A stretch of DNA of 64,000 nt from Anolis carolinensis (lineage: Eukaryota), in NCBI RefSeq assembly GCF_035594765.1, contig NC_085841.1:75501574-75565573 (forward strand). The letters are read 5' to 3'. A program made the position numbers and the translations under genes. Of this stretch, positions 60,727 to 64,000 are shown in pieces. The notes under the pieces were generated by a model that saw only the letters and a program-made list of their open reading frames with translations, did not search any database and was not told the origin of the DNA. Each line of letters begins with the position of its first letter. Positions within the stretch are counted from its first letter, which is position 1.

Positions 60727-61387
60727 TTGCCTTTCCCCGTACAAACCTGCACAATCTCTTCGTTCGTCAGGGGAGGCCCTCCTCTCACTCCCACCTCCAT
60801 CACAAGCGCGGTTGGTGGGGACGAGAGAGAGAGGGCCTTCTCCGCGGTGTCCCCCCGGCTCTGGAACTTGCTCCCCAGGGAAATCGGGCAAGCCCCCACA
60901 CTGGTAGCATTCAGAAAGAGCTTGAAAACTTGGCTCTTCACTCAGGCCTTTGGATAAAGATTGCTCATCCTCATAACAATCCTGTATCTGTGACCATTCT
61001 TGTACCTGTTGGCACTTTTTACCTTTGTCAACTTGATATAGACACCGGGTCTATTCCCATCCCAATTTGCACTTCCAAGAATTTGCAGCACTTTATCAGT
61101 CACCTCGTATTTACAATATTTATATGGTGCACCTTACCCAGTCTACTTTTACAACCTCTCCATTTTAATCCATGTTTTTATTAGTTCTTGTCATTTGTTT
61201 TCATTGGCTAATGTTTAAATTTTTATAATTGTGCAGGTCTTTTGTCTATTGTTGTGTTTTATATTGCTATTGTTTTTATTTGGGCTTGGCCCCATGTAAG
61301 CCGCCCTGAGTCCCCTTTGAGGAGATAGAGGCGGGGTATAAAAATAAAGTTGTTGTTGTTGTTGTTGTTGTTATTATTATTATTATT
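60727..61387 (+). mobile_element. 5'-truncated L2 LINE with (GTT)n(ATT)n tail
   Basis: RERAFSAVSPRLWNLLPREIGQAPTLVAFRKSLKTWLF; same family as 21611..22270. Confidence 0.85.
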
Positions 61388-61715
61388 GAAGATGAGGGAC
61401 TTGTAGGTCTCTTATTCACAGGATTGCCATAAGTTAACGTTGATTTGACTGCCATTAATAAGAAGACAGGCACATTGGAAAACAGGTTCACTTAAAATAT
61501 GTCTAGTTTTCTGCAAATTAATCAAACTCCATGTTCTAATCTAGGCTATATCATAGCTCATATATAAATGCTACATGCCTCTGTCTTTTTTCAAAATTGG
61601 GGACATTAATAGAGCTGCTCTATTTCTAACTATGTACATATCTAGACTAAATTTGAGTTTGATGTGACACTCTAAAATATGTGAATGTATTCCTTTATAT
61701 GTCAATATCTTTTAG

Positions 61716-61871
61716 GGCCTCACGAATGAAGCAACTCTTCACCGTCAGACTGTTGAGAAAATGGCTGAACAGCAGCAAAATAAGTACTTGGGACTATATA
61801 CCATTTTACCATCTGAGCTTTCTCTTCAGTTAGCAGAAGTTGGATTGGCACTTTTAAACATACATGAACAG
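61716..61871 (+). CDS. SYNE1: SYNE1 exon w34 (156 nt, 0-0)
   Basis: cttttag|GGCCTC...GAACAG|gtaaga; KYLGLYTILPSELSLQLAEV. Confidence 0.92.
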
Positions 61872-62667
61872 GTAAGAACCCCTTCAAGGTGAATGTTATA
61901 AAATACATAAAGCTAATTGTATTAATTGTATGAATACGAGCCAAATGAGCATACAAGCTTGAGCATAGTTCAGACTTCACTCCATTGGAAGAGATATGAC
62001 TGTGTGAGAGATCCAAAGATATCTTTACTCCAATAAAGTGCATAGTGTCCCTGCTGGTCTCTTTTTGTTGGCAAGGGAACCTTGAATGTTAAGATGCCTT
62101 TTTTCCCTCTACCATGCAAATAAGCCTTCATGTACAGTCCCAACTTCTAAACATCACTGCATGCCTGGTAGCATCACATACCTTGTTTTGTAAGTGGAAA
62201 GGACTCTAGAAAATTACTATCACATTTGGCTGAATATGTTAACAAAGCTGCCATGAGGTTGTGGAGCTCTGTAGTTCTTTTCAGCTGAACACATTTGCCA
62301 TTCACACCTTCACCTTTAAAAGGCAAAAATCTTGGAAGCTGCAGCCTGTGTAGTGATTTCTGAGGATCAAGTTTGCAAGTATATTCAAGTCCAATCTGTT
62401 ATGGAGGGTTTCTTACCCCTCCTGAGCAGATACTGGCAGTCCATTCATGTGAGATTGCACAGGAAAGATTGCATTCTTCTACATTTGCTGGCAGTGGCAG
62501 TAAGGGTGCCAAATTAGATACTGGCCTTATGGTGATATTGCATTCTTGTATTACATTGTAATAAATGTATATTTAATTACTTTAAATATTACTTGATGTA
62601 AATGATTTCTTTTCCCTGGTGTTCTGTAAATCAATATGTGTCACTATATTTTTCCCCCTTTTGGCAG

Positions 62668-62820
62668 ATTCAAGCCAAAGAAAAAGAAGCTCAGCAGAGC
62701 AAGACATTAAATCAAGAATTTGGGCAGAAGATTCAAGAAATAGCCAAAGAACTGAATTCAATTCTGTTGAAACTGAAAGAAAAGACAAGCAATATAACCC
62801 AAGCGAAAGTGGACCAAAAG
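62668..62820 (+). CDS. SYNE1: SYNE1 exon w35 (153 nt, 0-0)
   Basis: ttggcag|ATTCAA...CAAAAG|gtaaat; IQAKEKEAQQSKTLNQEFGQKIQ. Confidence 0.91.
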
Positions 62821-64000
62821 GTAAATAAAACCTTTTGCATAAAACAAAGTATTGTTTATGTTAACAGTATGGTAGAACCACAGACCATCAACAGTATGCA
62901 ATAATTTTTGTCTTTTGAAATCAGATAGAAAGAGTAGGTATATAATAAAAGAGGAAAGAGAAGGAAATATCAGTCTTCATCAGAATAGTGAAAAGCTTTC
63001 TGTTACTGGTGTTTCCAAAGTAGTGGTGACTTAATGATTATTGTTATATGTGTTCTAGGCAACTTTGATTCACCACAACTGTATCATGAGTTTTTTTCTT
63101 GTTTTTGTTTTTGGCAGGATTCATTCAGGGAAGGTTTACCATTTTCTTCCCCTTAGATTGAGAGAGAGCGTGTGATTTGCCCAAGGTTTTTCATAGCTGA
63201 GTGGACCTTTGTCTTTCAGGGTCTTAGACAAACATTCAAACCGCTACTAATTTTCATATTTATGTGTTTCAGTTGATTTTGTCGTTATCTTTTTGGAGCA
63301 ACTCAATTAATCCCATTGAAAACTTATTGTCTTGAATTATCTTGGTAATGACTGGTAATATGGGTTGTCTCTAATGTCTAGTGCATTGTGATGACTATTT
63401 CACACCTGCTTTTAACATGAATTGATGCTCTAGACTGGCAACCATAATGTTCTTATGTTTTTCTATATGCCCTTCTAAATGAAAGAAGTCAATATTTTTT
63501 TCTTTTATGTAGATTAATTGACAAGATAATGAAATATACCATTATTTACATGCTCATAGGCTTACAAGATATCCTATGACTTGGATATCTATAAGCTCAT
63601 TCTTCTTATTAGACCTTAATAACTTCTGTTTCACAACTGTTTGAACTAACTAGGCAATACTCTTTGCAGCTCATTTAGTGGAACAGGGTCAGTCAGAAAT
63701 GTATTCAGTTGTATGGTCTTCCAGAGAGCTGCAGGGCAATCCACCAGTTGCATGTGACATGACTAGCTAGTGAATGGGACTAGAAAGAACAGGGTGAAGT
63801 TTTCCTTCTGCTCAAGGGCCGGGCTATATAAGCTCACCTTTTAGTATTCCCCCTTCAGTCTGTTGAAGACTGTTTTCACTCTGTCTCCCAGGGATATCAA
63901 AAGGATTCTTAGTTAATTATTGGCACAAGTTTTAGGTGGTGGTTTGGCATGGGGCCTGGATCCAGTTGGTCAGCAAATGGGATTGGTAAAGAGTCCTAAG

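Larger units (their letters stand above)
571..62820 (+). other. SYNE1: SYNE1 / nesprin-1 giant, internal portion (35 coding exons, spectrin-repeat rod); gene continues beyond both window ends
   Basis: Exon peptides match nesprin-1 as I recall it (e.g. DILLMKGEGEVKLNMAIGKG, LYLDAVHEFTDWLHSAKEELHRWSD, KYLGLYTILPSELSLQLAEV). All 35 exons have AG/GT ends and consistent phases, summing to 8,839 nt. From memory roughly human exons 51-85; needs alignment to confirm. Confidence 0.96.

Overview
Vertebrate nuclear DNA, almost certainly a squamate (the repeat content of Sauria SINE, 5S-derived SINE, Vingi, L2, CR1, BovB, Penelope and hAT/Tigger MITEs points to an Anolis-type lizard). The whole window lies inside one + strand gene, SYNE1 (nesprin-1). 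I traced 35 consecutive GT-AG coding exons (571..62820, 8,839 nt, about 2,946 codons of spectrin-repeat rod) whose splice phases all join into one frame, including a 2,161-nt giant exon. The introns hold the unusual material: (1) a near full-length antisense Vingi non-LTR retrotransposon with a TSD, whose first 89 nt fold into a complete HDV-like ribozyme with an extra hairpin in L3; (2) two diverged solo LTRs that both keep an acidic, NLS-like ORF with strong synonymous-substitution bias; (3) an 867-bp hAT MITE built from palindromes nested inside palindromes and dense in NRF1/YY1/ETS/GC-box motifs; (4) two CpG-decayed hammerhead ribozyme motifs in Penelope remnants; (5) a hAT element with a higher-order ~166/333-bp internal satellite, a non-autonomous Helitron, and assorted SINE/LINE/MITE copies. 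There is one assembly gap (21472..21610). No searches were run; family names come from recognised sequence and structural hallmarks.
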